29,919 nucleotides of DNA. Source: a virus. Its lineage: Duplodnaviria > Caudoviricetes. Both the position numbers and the translations under genes were made by a program. The notes under the pieces are model-generated. The model made no database searches. It was not told the DNA's origin and saw only the letters and a list, made by a program, of their open reading frames with translations. Of the stretch, positions 8,524-17,041 are shown piece by piece. The DNA lies in IMG/VR virus record IMGVR_UViG_3300033076_000418, positions 1-29,919 of that record. The stretch is one strand, 5' to 3'. Numbering within the stretch: position 1 is the first letter of the stretch; each line of letters starts with the position of its first letter.

Positions 8524-9033
8524 ATGAAACTACAAGATCTATTTGAAGCTATTGATGACCAAGAAGATTGCGATCTATGCAACGGCACAGGCGAAGGATT
8601 ATATGATGGCGAAAGTTGCCATAAATGTCACGGCACCGGAGTAATGCCACATCAACACAGCGATGATGACTTTGATGTTCCTGATGATTACGACGACAAT
8701 GACTATGGCGACGAAGAATCATACTACGAAAAATCGCTACGACGTCGAGGCCTAGGAGAGGGTGCTGGCAACATTGGCAAAGCAATTAAAGCTGCATACA
8801 AAAAGATTTATGACCAAGGTGATGACGCTGTGGAGTTTGCATATTACGACAGCCCTATATTCGCACAATACTGGGATGAGTATGAAGGCGACTTGGACTC
8901 AATCATTGCCGAAGTAGATCCCAGCGAATTACAAATAATCCTTGACGAACTAACTTCGGCTGCAGAAGATCAAGGTGTGGCGGAAGGCAACGCCATTGCA
9001 GAATCATTCCATCGTTTGAACAGCCGTATTTAA
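8524..9033 (+). CDS. Acidic protein with a DnaJ-type CxxCxGxG zinc knuckle pair, probable virion protein
   Basis: MKLQDLFE start; CDLCNGTG and CHKCHGTG; D-rich tract; modules bounded by GLGEG and GVAEG. Confidence 0.65.
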   Translation: MKLQDLFEAIDDQEDCDLCNGTGEGLYDGESCHKCHGTGVMPHQHSDDDFDVPDDYDDNDYGDEESYYEKSLRRRGLGEGAGNIGKAIKAAYKKIYDQGDDAVEFAYYDSPIFAQYWDEYEGDLDSIIAEVDPSELQIILDELTSAAEDQGVAEGNAIAESFHRLNSRI

Positions 9034-9037
9034 AGAA

Positions 9038-9108
9038 CTCAGCCTTAGGACCGAGTAGGCGGCTGCTGCCTGGGTTGAAAGATTCGCTACCTGGATGCCC
9101 TAAGTGAG
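9038..9108 (+). ncRNA. Unidentified structured RNA element (three-way junction)
   Basis: Outer stem CTCA-gc-CTTAGG (9038-9049) pairs with CCTAAG-TGAG (9099-9108). Inner hairpins at 9056-9072 and 9073-9091. GC-rich island in an intergenic gap. Confidence 0.55.
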
Positions 9109-9118
9109 CAAATAACAT

Positions 9119-9147
9119 TTGACTTCTCCTAGAACATTGTTTATACT
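9119..9147 (+). promoter_or_regulatory. Sigma70-type promoter for the replication block
   Basis: TTGACT (9119-9124), 17-nt spacer, TATACT (9142-9147). AGGAG SD at 9156-9160 before ATG 9167. Confidence 0.8.
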
Positions 9148-9166
9148 AATGTTTTAGGAGATTTTC

Positions 9167-9430
9167 ATGAGCGAAACCAAAACATTCAACGGTGATCAAA
9201 AGATCAAACTTACCCAAATCATCAACGAAGGCATGCAAGTCATGCACGAAATCGATACACTACAAGGTGGGTTGACCGATACTATCAAGGCCGTTGCTGA
9301 AGAACTAGAAGTCAAACCTGCTATTTTGAAGAAAGCTATCAAGCTGGCACACAAAGCAAGTTTCGGTCAAGAAAAGCAAGACCATGCAACTTTAGAAACT
9401 ATTTTAGAAACAGTTGGCAAGACACTTTGA
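9167..9430 (+). CDS. Phage dsDNA-binding protein (T4 DsbA / GapR-DUF2312-like)
   Basis: 87-aa helical protein with the pattern EID...TIKAVAEELEVKPAILKKAIK; strong SD. Confidence 0.65.
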   Translation: MSETKTFNGDQKIKLTQIINEGMQVMHEIDTLQGGLTDTIKAVAEELEVKPAILKKAIKLAHKASFGQEKQDHATLETILETVGKTL

Positions 9431-10299
9431 ACGTTGTTTACAGTGATCAGATTTGGGCAGGGAGTCAGTGTCGAGAATATGAACTCAACGCTATCGTCTC
9501 CTTGCGACGTGCAGGTGCAACTCCATATCTAGTTGATGCTGTGAATATCAACCAGCATTACAAAAATCTAGTCACTGATAATATTGTTCAACAAGATCAC
9601 GTCCCACTTTATCCTGAATACTGGGGCACATACAGTTACCAACCTGTGTACCACTCTACCCAGCCCACACGCATATTCAACTGTTTTATGAATCGTGTGT
9701 GTACCACAAGACAAAGTTGGTTCTATCAGTTTGTTCGTAGAAATTTGCTGTGGCATGCCAACGTAAGTTTTTTACTCGACGCTAGACAAGAACCTCGTGG
9801 CAAAGAACTATACGAACAAAACTTCCGGGGTTACGAAATATTTGAACACGAACATACGCTGATGCGAGACCGTGTTCCGTTTTGTAACTTTGAAACTGAC
9901 ATAGAGCAAGCAGTCATAGACACACACGTTAGTCTAGTGATTGAAACATACTTTGATTGGCCCGATACCATCACATTCAGTGAAAAGACATTTAGAGCAT
10001 TACAACTGCCTAGACCAGTTATCGTGTACAACATGCCCGGGTCAGTGTCTGCGTTGAGAGACCATGGGTTTGATGTGTGGGATGACATAATCGATCACAG
10101 CTATGACGCAGAACCGGATCCGATACAACGGCAAATAGCCATACTGGACCAACTGTGTGAGTGGCGTGATCGATCGTATACAACCGAACAACTAGAACAG
10201 TTCGAGCAACGTGCCCAACACAATCGCGAACTGCTGCAACGTTTGCGAGCACAATGGCCTGATCGCTTGAAAAAAGTTCTAGAACAGTTACAATGCTAA
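9427..10299 (+). CDS. Putative glycosyltransferase of the phage 'TEKT' family
   Basis: FNCFMNR...R, VSLVIET...FSEKTFR...HGFDVWDDIIDHSYDAEPD...R. TTGA coupling to the upstream stop. Confidence 0.5.
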   Translation: MNVVYSDQIWAGSQCREYELNAIVSLRRAGATPYLVDAVNINQHYKNLVTDNIVQQDHVPLYPEYWGTYSYQPVYHSTQPTRIFNCFMNRVCTTRQSWFYQFVRRNLLWHANVSFLLDARQEPRGKELYEQNFRGYEIFEHEHTLMRDRVPFCNFETDIEQAVIDTHVSLVIETYFDWPDTITFSEKTFRALQLPRPVIVYNMPGSVSALRDHGFDVWDDIIDHSYDAEPDPIQRQIAILDQLCEWRDRSYTTEQLEQFEQRAQHNRELLQRLRAQWPDRLKKVLEQLQC

Positions 10300-10357
10300 G
10301 TAACAATGAGTCGCTCACATTACGAGCATGTAGCATGGCAACCAGCCATAATTGGAG
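10295..10357 (+). promoter_or_regulatory. Structured 5' leader of the DNA polymerase gene (possible translational operator)
   Basis: GCTAAGTA at 10295-10302. Hairpins GCTC-7nt-GAGC (10313-10327) and ATGGC-AACCA-GCCAT (10335-10349) lie just before SD GGAG (10354-10357). Confidence 0.45.
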
Positions 10358-10362
10358 AAAAA

Positions 10363-13023
10363 TTGAGTTACGTAGACGCACTATTTGATCGTGAACACGA
10401 TCGCATTCATGTAGTAGAACGCCGAGACGGCAAAAGAGTTTATCGCGAATATCCGGCAAACTATATTTTCTACTACGACGACCCCCGCGGTAAATTTCAA
10501 AGTATCTATGGTACACCAGTATCAAGATTCTCAACTAGAAACAACAAAGAGTTCCGCAAAGAAGTTAGAGCACAGTCTGGCAAGCAACTTTACGAATCAG
10601 ACATCAATCCAATTTTTAGATGTTTTGAAGAAAATTACAAAGGCCAAGATGCACCAACATTACAAACAGCGTTTTTCGACATTGAAGTTGCATTTGATCA
10701 CGAACGTGGTTATTCGCCTGTCGAAGATCCATTCAACCCCATCACAGCTATTTCAGTTTACTTAGACTGGCTTGATCAGTTGATCACGCTGGCAGTTCCG
10801 CCACGTAGCATGAGCTTGGAAACTGCTAGAGAGATTGCTGCTGAGTTTGAAAACACCATTATCTTTGAACACGAAGAGGACATGATCAAAACATTCCTTG
10901 ACTTGATCGAAGATGCAGATGTTGTTACAGGGTGGAACTCAGAAGGCTACGATATTCCATATACTGTGAACAGGACCACACGAGTGTTGAGCAAAGATGA
11001 CACACGTAAGTTTTGTCTGTGGGGGCAGTTTCCAAAGAAACGCATCTTTGAACGCTTTGGTGCTGAACAAGAAACATATGACCTAGTGGGTCGTGTGCAT
11101 ATGGACTATATGCAACTTTATAGGAAGTACACATATGAGGAACGCCATTCATACTCCTTGGATGCCATCGGTGAGTACGAGCTCGGAGAGAGAAAAACGC
11201 AGTATGAGGGAACGCTTGATCAGCTCTACAATCAGAACTTTAGACTGTTCCTTGATTACAACAGACAAGATACAATGCTTATCGGCAAGCTCGATAAGAA
11301 ACTTAGATTCCTGGATCTTGCCAACGAACTTGCACACGCCAACACCGTACTACTCCAAACAACTATGGGAGCGGTCGCAGTTACTGAACAAGCCATTATC
11401 AACGAAGCCCACGAACGTGGCGTCGTTGTCCCAAACAGAAAACAACGACTAACTGACGAAGATACACAAGCCGCAGGTGCTTATGTTGCATATCCTAAAA
11501 AAGGTGTGCATGAGTGGATTGGCTCAGTTGACATCAACTCACTGTATCCGTCAGCAATTCGTGCGTTAAACATGGGACCAGAAACCATTGTAGGCCAGCT
11601 ACGCCCTGTTATGACTGACCAGTTAATCAAAGAGCGTATGGCAAGAGGCATGAGCTTTGCGGCTGCTTGGGAAGGTTTGTTTGCATCATTGGAATACACA
11701 GCAGTGATGGAACAACAGCGTGGCACAGAGATTACCATTGACTGGGAAGGTGGCGAAAGTACAGTACACTCAGGTATGGAAATTTGGCACATGTTGTTTG
11801 ATTCAAACCAACCTTGGATTTTAAGTGCCAATGGTACCATTATGACATATGAACGCAAAGGTATCATTCCAGGACTATTAGAAAGATGGTATGCCGAACG
11901 TAAAGAACTCCAGGCTAAAAAGAAGGATGCTACCAACGCCAAAGATATTGCGTTCTGGGACAAGCGACAGTTGGTTAAAAAAATTAACCTCAACAGTTTG
12001 TACGGTGCTATTCTTAACCCGGGCTGTAGATTCTTTGACAAGCGTATTGGACAATCAACCACTCTTACTGGTAGAAGCATCGCCAAGCACATGGATGCTT
12101 ATCTCAATGAATGCATTACAGGCGAATACGATCACGTTGGGAAAAGCGTCATCTACGGGGACACCGACTCGTGTTACTTCTCTGCCTGGCCGGCTATCAA
12201 AGCTGAAGTCGAAGAAGGCCGGATGGAATGGTCTAAAGAGATTTGTATTGCGTTGTATGACTCGCTTGCTGACCAAGTCAACAACAGTTTCCCGGGCTTC
12301 ATGGAGCAAGCCTTCCATTGTCCAAGGGACATGGGATCACTGATCAAGTGCGGTCGTGAAACTGTTGCGGATCGCGGATTGTTCATTACCAAGAAGCGTT
12401 ATGCTGTGAATGCCATTGACATCGAAGGCAAGCGACTGGACGTAGAAGGCAAGATTGGCAAAACAAAAGCCACAGGCTTGGACTTGAAACGTTCAGACAC
12501 ACCTAAGATTATTCAAGAGTTCTTGTTGGAAATTCTAAATAAACTACTGGCAGGTGCAGGCAAGGATGAAATTGTTGAACGTATCCGCGAATTTAAATAC
12601 GAGTTCAAAGAGCGCCCGGGTTGGGAAAAAGGTTCACCAAAACGTGTAAACAACTTAACCAAATATGGTGCAGAAGAAAAGCGTCTAGGCAAAGCAAACA
12701 TGCCTGGTCACGTTAGAGCTGCACTAAATTGGAATAATCTAAAGCGTATGAACGGCGACAATTATTCAATGTCAATTGTAGACGGCATGAAAACTATTGT
12801 TTGTAAGCTCAAGCCGAATCCACTGGGTTGGACCAGCATTGGCTATCCCACAGACGAACAACGTTTGCCACAGTGGTTTACTGAGCTACCGTTTGACGAT
12901 TCGGAGATGGAAGCCACTGTTGTTGATGGAAAAATTGATAACTTGCTGGGTGTGTTGGACTGGGATTTGGCGTCAGCAACCAACACTGACAACACATTTA
13001 CTTCACTGTTTACTTTCGAATGA
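10363..13023 (+). CDS. gp43: Family B DNA polymerase (T4 gp43-like)
   Basis: Exonuclease motifs FDIEV, GWNSEGYD, YNRQD. Polymerase motifs DINSLYPS, KINLNSLYG, YGDTDS, KKRY. C-terminal SLFTFE clamp-binding-like tail. Start placed at TTG 10363 (SD GGAG 5 nt upstream) rather than ATG 10306. Confidence 0.95.
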   Translation: MSYVDALFDREHDRIHVVERRDGKRVYREYPANYIFYYDDPRGKFQSIYGTPVSRFSTRNNKEFRKEVRAQSGKQLYESDINPIFRCFEENYKGQDAPTLQTAFFDIEVAFDHERGYSPVEDPFNPITAISVYLDWLDQLITLAVPPRSMSLETAREIAAEFENTIIFEHEEDMIKTFLDLIEDADVVTGWNSEGYDIPYTVNRTTRVLSKDDTRKFCLWGQFPKKRIFERFGAEQETYDLVGRVHMDYMQLYRKYTYEERHSYSLDAIGEYELGERKTQYEGTLDQLYNQNFRLFLDYNRQDTMLIGKLDKKLRFLDLANELAHANTVLLQTTMGAVAVTEQAIINEAHERGVVVPNRKQRLTDEDTQAAGAYVAYPKKGVHEWIGSVDINSLYPSAIRALNMGPETIVGQLRPVMTDQLIKERMARGMSFAAAWEGLFASLEYTAVMEQQRGTEITIDWEGGESTVHSGMEIWHMLFDSNQPWILSANGTIMTYERKGIIPGLLERWYAERKELQAKKKDATNAKDIAFWDKRQLVKKINLNSLYGAILNPGCRFFDKRIGQSTTLTGRSIAKHMDAYLNECITGEYDHVGKSVIYGDTDSCYFSAWPAIKAEVEEGRMEWSKEICIALYDSLADQVNNSFPGFMEQAFHCPRDMGSLIKCGRETVADRGLFITKKRYAVNAIDIEGKRLDVEGKIGKTKATGLDLKRSDTPKIIQEFLLEILNKLLAGAGKDEIVERIREFKYEFKERPGWEKGSPKRVNNLTKYGAEEKRLGKANMPGHVRAALNWNNLKRMNGDNYSMSIVDGMKTIVCKLKPNPLGWTSIGYPTDEQRLPQWFTELPFDDSEMEATVVDGKIDNLLGVLDWDLASATNTDNTFTSLFTFE

Positions 13024-13958
13024 AACTCAGCGAACTTTTAAACTTTTTAAACATTCTCAACAACATAGACATTGAGAAGAACTGTGGGGCTGTGCTCAAC
13101 ACTCTGAAAAGTGTTGACTATACTGTGAGTAACTTTCCGCTCAAGATTGAAAATACCGCAGACGACATCAACAAAGACGTTGAAAAAGTTGACGCTGCCA
13201 TCCGTGACTTTCAAAACACACTGGCTTATCTAAAGACTCGACTAGAGAATACCATGCGGGCAGTGGAGCCAGGTTATTATCAAGAAAGCCGTAGGCTGTA
13301 CGAACAAGAGATGGTGTGGGAAACTACAGAATACATCCTTAATCGACGTCTACAAATTGACGCAGATACTAGAGAATTGATCAGTGGTCGTTTGCGTGGC
13401 TACGGCGATTGGAGACTGCCAGGCATGGTCATTCGTCCTGGATTAGAACCGTTTATTGAAGAAATGGTTCCTCTAGATCCGTTGTACCTTGTGGACCAAA
13501 ACTTAGATTTGCTCACACCCAGTGTAACAAAGTTCACACCAGAGTATCAACAACGTCTTAGACAATATGCAGTAGACGACTATGTGCATGACAAAATGTT
13601 ATGGCAACTTCCGAACGGGCAGTTTGGATTTATCTTTGCGTTTAACTTCTTAAACTACAAACCAATTGACGTTGTGCAAAGATATCTAACAGAATTTTAT
13701 GAAAAACTTAGACCTGGTGGTGTAGCATTGTTTACCTATAACAACTGTGACACGCCACAAGGTATGGGTCTTGCTGAGGCTAGCTTTATGTGCTACACCC
13801 CCGGCAAACGAGTTAGAGAGATTGTCGAACAAATAGGGTTTGAAATCATATTTGATCAGGTTGGCCCCACTGACTTGAGCTTGTTAGAAATCAAGAAGCC
13901 CGGCGACATACAATCTATACGTGGTGGACAAACACTGGCGAAAATTGTCCAAATCTAG
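13020..13958 (+). CDS. Class I SAM-dependent methyltransferase-fold protein with N-terminal coiled coil
   Basis: LPNGQFGFIFAFNFLNY and EKLRPGGVALFTY match MTase type 11 C-terminal motifs. Motif I is degenerate (VIRPGLE). Confidence 0.65.
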   Translation: MKLSELLNFLNILNNIDIEKNCGAVLNTLKSVDYTVSNFPLKIENTADDINKDVEKVDAAIRDFQNTLAYLKTRLENTMRAVEPGYYQESRRLYEQEMVWETTEYILNRRLQIDADTRELISGRLRGYGDWRLPGMVIRPGLEPFIEEMVPLDPLYLVDQNLDLLTPSVTKFTPEYQQRLRQYAVDDYVHDKMLWQLPNGQFGFIFAFNFLNYKPIDVVQRYLTEFYEKLRPGGVALFTYNNCDTPQGMGLAEASFMCYTPGKRVREIVEQIGFEIIFDQVGPTDLSLLEIKKPGDIQSIRGGQTLAKIVQI

Positions 13959-13987
13959 TTGCAAAATCTAAATAACCCTGTTAAACT
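13959..13987 (+). promoter_or_regulatory. Sigma70-type promoter with nested late-type TAAATA
   Basis: TTGCAA (13959-13964), 17 nt, TAAACT (13982-13987) with TG extended -10. TAAATA at 13969-13974. AGGAG SD at 13996-14000. Confidence 0.65.
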
Positions 13988-14006
13988 TATTACTTAGGAG
14001 TAAACA

Positions 14007-14732
14007 ATGAAAGACTATCTATTAGACTTAGTAGAACACACGCACGATCTTGGTTGCATTGACTTGATCAAAATCGTAGGCGATGACAAATCCACACAAA
14101 TCGTAGGCCTTGCCGAAGATATGAGCGTGGTGTTAGAAGGCGAGTTCAAGAACCCAGTTCCGGAATTTGCAGGCACGTTTGGTATGCCTAATTTGAACAA
14201 ACTCAAAATCTTGTTGAACTTGCAAGAATACAAAGAGGATGCCAAGCTGTCTCTTACCACACGCAAGGACACAGGTGCACCAGACGGTATTGCGTTTGAA
14301 AATTCACTGGGTGACTTTAAAAACAACTATCGTTTCATGACTGAATCTGTTGTTACAGAGAAACTTAAAACACCAAAGTTCAAAGGTGTTAACTGGCACA
14401 TTGAGTTCCAGCCAACTGTGGCAGGTATCCAACGTTTGCGTATGCAAGCACAGGCCAACGCTGAAGAGCCACATTTCCAAGCCAAAACTGAAAACGGCGA
14501 CTTGAAGTTTTTCTTCGGCGATCACTCAACACACGCTGGTAACTTTGTGTTCCAAGCAGATGTTAACGGTCAATTGAAACGTGCTTGGTCTTGGCCTGTA
14601 ACACAGTTCATGAGCATCCTTGCACTCACAGGTGACAAGACTATTCGCATCAGCGATGATGGTGCCGCAAAGATTACAGTAGATTCTGGTCTAGCAGTTT
14701 ACAACTACATTCTGCCAGCACAAAGCAAGTAA
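14007..14732 (+). CDS. DNA polymerase sliding clamp (gp45/PCNA-like)
   Basis: 241 aa, alternating beta/alpha two-domain pattern, FGMPNLNKLKILL, C-terminal YNYILPA typical of clamps, next to the polymerase. Confidence 0.65.
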   Translation: MKDYLLDLVEHTHDLGCIDLIKIVGDDKSTQIVGLAEDMSVVLEGEFKNPVPEFAGTFGMPNLNKLKILLNLQEYKEDAKLSLTTRKDTGAPDGIAFENSLGDFKNNYRFMTESVVTEKLKTPKFKGVNWHIEFQPTVAGIQRLRMQAQANAEEPHFQAKTENGDLKFFFGDHSTHAGNFVFQADVNGQLKRAWSWPVTQFMSILALTGDKTIRISDDGAAKITVDSGLAVYNYILPAQSK

Positions 14733-15442
14733 TGACTCCTATTACTGTGAACCTTGAAAGTTTAAAACTTCCAATCTACGGAATGGATCCTGTGACTGTG
14801 TACGGACAATTTTATCAGGATCTATTTGTGATTGCTATGACACAAGGTAAGCAGAACGGAACTTATTTAGAAATAGGATGCGGCTGGCCAGCCGGAGGTG
14901 GAACTAATACGTTTGCTTTAGAAACTGCATTTGGTTGGTCAGGGGTCAGCATCGACTCGGGCAGGGATTATAATCTTGCAAATATTACAAATGGGCACTC
15001 GTTGGCAGAAGATTGGAAACATCATAGACCAAATGCAAACTTTGTACAAGCAGATGCAACAGCCTTAGATTATTCTAGCTTTCCAAAGTACTTTGATTAT
15101 TTGCAAGTAGACATTGATCCTGCTGTTCAAAGTCTTTCTGTGCTTAAAAAAATTACAGAACATATTAGATTCTCAGTAATAACGTTTGAGCATGATTATC
15201 AAATGATCACTAGTCCTGACCCTGAGTTTAGGCGTGAATTTATAGATAATAAAAATCACTTAGTTAGAATGCAGTCAAGAGAATACTTGGAAAGTTTAGG
15301 CTATGTGATGGTAATACCTAACATTAACAATGCTGAAGATTGGTGGGTTGATCCTAAAATTATACCGATGAATGTAATCGACGCCTATGCCACGCCAGTT
15401 AGTTATAAATCTAATTCGTGGAATCATTCTCTTTTACAATGA
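14732..15442 (+). CDS. FkbM-like methyltransferase
   Basis: QFYQDLFV, GTYLEIGCG, NTFALE...GWSGVSID, DYLQVDID, VITFEHD, EDWWV. Confidence 0.7.
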   Translation: MTPITVNLESLKLPIYGMDPVTVYGQFYQDLFVIAMTQGKQNGTYLEIGCGWPAGGGTNTFALETAFGWSGVSIDSGRDYNLANITNGHSLAEDWKHHRPNANFVQADATALDYSSFPKYFDYLQVDIDPAVQSLSVLKKITEHIRFSVITFEHDYQMITSPDPEFRREFIDNKNHLVRMQSREYLESLGYVMVIPNINNAEDWWVDPKIIPMNVIDAYATPVSYKSNSWNHSLLQ

Positions 15443-15484
15443 TACCAGACGGCATTATAAAAACTTATAAAAATTACTAAAGCA

Positions 15485-17041
15485 ATGACTCAAGATAACT
15501 TAACTGCTAAACAATCAGACTACGCTGTGTTCTTACCAGCGATCTCTGGTTTCTATGCTACATTCATAGGCAAGCAAAGGAATGAGCAATATGTCGATCC
15601 TCAAAGATTTCCATTGGGCCTCTCGGATATGGAACAGCTTAACTGGCTCAATTCGTCTAAAGGTTTATTTCCATACAAGTGGAGTCTTTATAGTGGGGGC
15701 CATGCCAATCTCGATCTTACAAAACAAGACTGGTCCGAAGACATGGTCCGGAACCGGGAGCCTGGGACGTTTATCCTCGGAGACTCAGGAGGTTTCCAGA
15801 TTGCGAAGGGCTTGTGGGAAGGTGATTGGAAAGCCAACTCGGGCTGTCCTAAGGCACAAAAGAAGCGAGAGCTCATTCTAAACTGGTTGGACAATGTTGC
15901 CGACTATGGCATGATCTTGGATATTCCAACTTGGGTTATTCATGACAAGAAAGCGTCGGCTGCTTGTCAAATTACCACGCTACAAGAAGCAGTGGATGCC
16001 ACAAAGTTCAACAACGAATACTTCATGAAACATCGTCGAGGCGTTAAGAATGGTGGTGCTAGGTTCTTAAACGTTCTTCAAGGCGACAATCACACATCTG
16101 CCGAGCAGTGGTATCAAACCATGAAGGAATACTGTGATCCTGCGAAGTATCCAGACACACACTTTGACGGTTGGTCAATGGGTGGACAAAACATGTGTGA
16201 TGTGCATTTGGTGTTAAAACGCCTTGTTGCACTACGCTACGACAATCTACTACAAGAGGGCAAACATGATTGGATGCACTTCTTGGGAACCTCCAAGTTG
16301 GAGTGGGCCGTTTTATTAACTGTAATCCAGAGAGCCGTAAGAAAATATGTCAACCCGCAATTTACAATCAGCTTTGACTGCGCCAGTCCGTTCCTTGCAA
16401 CAGCAAACGGACAAGTCTATTTTGAAAATGTCTTCGAACACAACTCGAAGTGGTCGTATCGCATGGCTCCTTCAGCCGATGACAAAAAATATGCAACAGA
16501 CACCCGACCCTGGGCACAAGGCGTAGTTACAGACGGCATCTATCCTCGTTGGGAAGATAGTCCAATCAGCTCAATGCTGACAATGAAAGATATTTGCATC
16601 TACAAGCCAGGCGATCTAAATAAGATTGGCAAAGAAGGCAAAACATCTTGGGACAGTTTCAGCTATGCTTTGCTAATGGGTCACAATGTTTGGATGCACT
16701 TGACTGCGGTACAAGAAGCCAATCGACGTTTTGATGCAGGAGAACATCCTGCTATGATGCGTCGCAGTGGTGGAGACTATGCTAAGTTCGAAGACATTGT
16801 AGAAGCAATCTTTGCTGCACCAGATCGTGCTACAGCAGAAGACATCATTGAAACATATGATAGCTACTGGATGGAGATTGTGGGCACACGAGGCTTCAAA
16901 GGTAAGAAAACCAAAAACGCTAGAACTCAATTCAACGCATTGTTTGATTATGAGCAACCTGAGGTTGCAAACTCATCGGATGATAGCATACAATTAGATA
17001 CAACAGCATTAGATCAACTAGAAACAGATCAAATCAAATGA
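15485..17041 (+). CDS. dpdA: tRNA-guanine transglycosylase-like protein (DpdA-type DNA base-exchange enzyme)
   Basis: TGT motifs in order: GDSGGFQ, MILDIPT, NVLQG, MGGQ, MHFLG, SFDCASP (catalytic Asp), and late HN. Linked to folE, queD and yhhQ. Confidence 0.8.
   Translation: MTQDNLTAKQSDYAVFLPAISGFYATFIGKQRNEQYVDPQRFPLGLSDMEQLNWLNSSKGLFPYKWSLYSGGHANLDLTKQDWSEDMVRNREPGTFILGDSGGFQIAKGLWEGDWKANSGCPKAQKKRELILNWLDNVADYGMILDIPTWVIHDKKASAACQITTLQEAVDATKFNNEYFMKHRRGVKNGGARFLNVLQGDNHTSAEQWYQTMKEYCDPAKYPDTHFDGWSMGGQNMCDVHLVLKRLVALRYDNLLQEGKHDWMHFLGTSKLEWAVLLTVIQRAVRKYVNPQFTISFDCASPFLATANGQVYFENVFEHNSKWSYRMAPSADDKKYATDTRPWAQGVVTDGIYPRWEDSPISSMLTMKDICIYKPGDLNKIGKEGKTSWDSFSYALLMGHNVWMHLTAVQEANRRFDAGEHPAMMRRSGGDYAKFEDIVEAIFAAPDRATAEDIIETYDSYWMEIVGTRGFKGKKTKNARTQFNALFDYEQPEVANSSDDSIQLDTTALDQLETDQIK

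Noticed and set aside
9038-9108. tRNA, hammerhead ribozyme or intrinsic terminator
   Set aside because: No cloverleaf or T-loop, no CUGANGA core, and no U-tract after the stem.
10306-10362. N-terminal extensions given by the ORF track (also 6892, 19519, 21688, 22598, 27208)
   Set aside because: Downstream starts have better SD, promoter or ATGA-coupling context.
10019-12701. Antisense and alternate-frame ORFs (e.g. 10019-10534, 11481-12092, also 19741-20400)
   Set aside because: They are shadows of well-supported genes, with no motifs or translation signals.
10363-13023. Intein or intron in the DNA polymerase
   Set aside because: The frame is continuous and of normal length, with no intein splice motifs or homing endonuclease.
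13020-13046. MKLSELLNF as another capsid-targeting N-terminus
   Set aside because: It lacks the terminal hydrophobic-x-E cleavage site and lies in the replication operon.
15455-15473. Tandem TTATAAAAA repeat before dpdA
   Set aside because: Only two copies in an AT-rich gap; it does not match TAAATA and is plausibly chance.
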